Shown: piece by piece, positions 62,401-64,000 of the stretch
Numbering within the stretch: position 1 is the first letter of the stretch
Layout: every line of letters begins with the position of its first letter
DNA from: Mobula hypostoma
Lineage: Eukaryota
Direction: 5' to 3'
Assembly: GCF_963921235.1 (NCBI RefSeq)
Contig: NC_086105.1
Location: 126,666,001 to 126,730,000, forward strand
Length of the DNA: 64,000 bases
The notes under the pieces: model-generated
The model's input: the letters and a program-made list of their open reading frames with translations, nothing else
What the model was told of the DNA's origin: nothing
Database searches by the model: none
Translations under genes and position numbers: made by a program

Positions 62401-63279
62401 TGGAGTTACTGTATATGATCTTCCTCTGGGAGCTCTTGTTTTCTCTCACAGTCCAAAGACATACTAGTTGGTAGGTTGATCGGTCATTGTACAAATTGTC
62501 TTTTGATGAGGCTACTGTTAAATAGGTGGGTTGCTGGGAAGAAGCAGTCTATTGGGATGGAAGGGCCTACTTGCACTGTAAGCTCTAAATAAGTAATTAA
62601 TAAACATAACCACCTCCAGTTCTACAGTTTTTTTTTCTCAGATGTGTGTGTGTATATATATTCCAAAATCCAGCCTCTTTCACACATGGCTTCCTCCTCC
62701 CCCCACACCCTCACCAAACCAACCATCGGCAACCTTGAAACCTATTGCCTTGGTTTCATTTACACACTGCAATGGATTTTGTTTTCATGAAACACTGAAT
62801 GCGCTGAGGAGTGAGGGGTTGTATCATCAACTGATAATCTTGCATCTTTAATTCCTAGTTCCTTGGAGGAATCCCCATTCAGACTGTTGTCATTCCCCCC
62901 CCCCCAAGCTGTCATTATTTCTAGTGAAATCATCCTTTTGCACAGTACAGCAGTACACTGAATAGGCTTTATCCATACTACACCTTCATTTAGATATTGA
63001 AAATAAATTTAAAATCTACTCTGAAGGGACTGTGAAAGCTTTATCTTAAACCGCGATTCTGCAATCCACACGTATTAGGGTAGCATTTGTTACTTGGTCC
63101 AAATTTTAACATGATCAAACAGAAACCTGGGGAAACATCAGTGTCAAGAGACTGAAGTGATGTTTCTGATTTGTTGCACACCTTTCGTCAGAACACAGAA
63201 AAAGGAACAAACTCAAACAGTCACAGTTGCAGGTCTCACGTGCAGTATTTTCACGTACTTCATGAATATATATGAGCAA

Positions 63280-63700
63280 CAAAAATTCCGAACACGACTT
63301 CTACCGACCGAAGCGACGACGTATTAGATTAAAAGTCCCGTGTCAGACGCTAATCACATGCCCCGGCATATCTCCATAAACTCCGAGCATGCGGAACGAC
63401 GGGTCTGCTTTCCGCGCTCAGCCTCCGCGTTGTGCGCCTGTGCAGGAAGCCACAACAACGACATGCGCACTGGCGGGCCTGTGCCGGAAAATGTTGTAGA
63501 ATCATTGCCATCATGAAGATATTATTTACGTGTCAGCCACACGCCTGACGTGAGCTGTCTGGGGGCAAACGGCAGGAAAATGAGTGGTAAATATGCAGCT
63601 TGTGTTGACGAAAATATTTAAGTGTGTGCCCCTGGCCTGGTGGTCAGGCTGCGCCGCGGGGCCGGGGCTGGTGACAGGCGACGGGACTCGTGTCAGTCTA
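63280..63700 (+). promoter_or_regulatory. CpG-island promoter, probably of SNX29
   Basis: CpG-rich. NRF1-like TGCGCCTGTGC (63433-63443) and CATGCGCA, ETS CCGGAA (~63484), CRE-like TGACGTGA (~63546). Position downstream of TNFRSF17 matches the known vertebrate gene order. Confidence 0.7.
63580..63586 (+). CDS. SNX29: Probable 7-nt first coding segment (Met-Ser-G|) of sorting nexin 29
   Basis: aaaATG AGT G|GTAAAT within the CpG island. Human SNX29 begins MSG and follows TNFRSF17 on the same strand. Too short to identify without synteny. Confidence 0.5.
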
Positions 63701-64000
63701 CTGTTTGTTATTAATTTCATGCCAGCAGTGTGACAAACATTGAATTTTGTTTGTGTTTGATGTCTTCCTGTGTCATTTAAACTTTTTTTAAATTTTAAAG
63801 TTACTTTAAATAAAGCAATATTTTACTTTGTTGTGATTTTTGTTGTTGTTAACCTTCGGCCGGTCAGGGGTTCAGTCCACTCACCAAGGGAGTGAGATCA
63901 CTGTGGCTAAATCTGCATATATTGTTGGGAAGTTGAAATCATGAAGTGGAAGTCTTTGTCGACTGGAGATTATGGATAAAAACACACGTTCATTGAAAGA

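Noticed and set aside
1-64000. CRISPR arrays, rRNA or prokaryotic operons
   Set aside because: The sequence is eukaryotic; the recurring ~38-bp motif is dispersed within retroelements, not regularly spaced.

Overview
Vertebrate genomic DNA, repeat-rich and intron-containing. The repeat complement (V-domain tRNA-SINEs, CR1 and Rex/Babar LINEs, Penelope elements) suggests a cartilaginous fish, probably a ray (inference). Three host genes are visible in the same order as the human GSPT1-TNFRSF17-SNX29 block: the first coding exon and CpG-island promoter of GSPT1/eRF3a (minus strand, ATG 11362); a complete three-exon TNFRSF17/BCMA gene (50179-50302, 58301-58459, 61048-61325; 186 aa); and the probable promoter and 7-nt first coding exon of SNX29 (~63.3-63.7 kb). 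Most ORFs in the track are transposon debris: a decayed ~10 kb BEL/Pao LTR element carrying nested insertions, a solo LTR, many Rex1/Babar and CR1 fragments, an R2/Hero fragment, SINEs, and hAT and Tigger-type MITEs resembling mammalian fossil families. The most striking non-coding signal is a dispersed set of about 11 minimal type I hammerhead ribozyme motifs (NAGTC-CTGAYGA-AGGGTCTCGGCCY-GAAAC-GTC-GACTG) carried by Penelope-like elements. Several occur as TSD-flanked fold-back insertions or as ~100-135 bp units that start at the ribozyme. Their loop-less palindromic stem III could only form as a dimer. A second Penelope family carries a different, decayed hammerhead. All calls were made by eye; no searches or folding programs were run.
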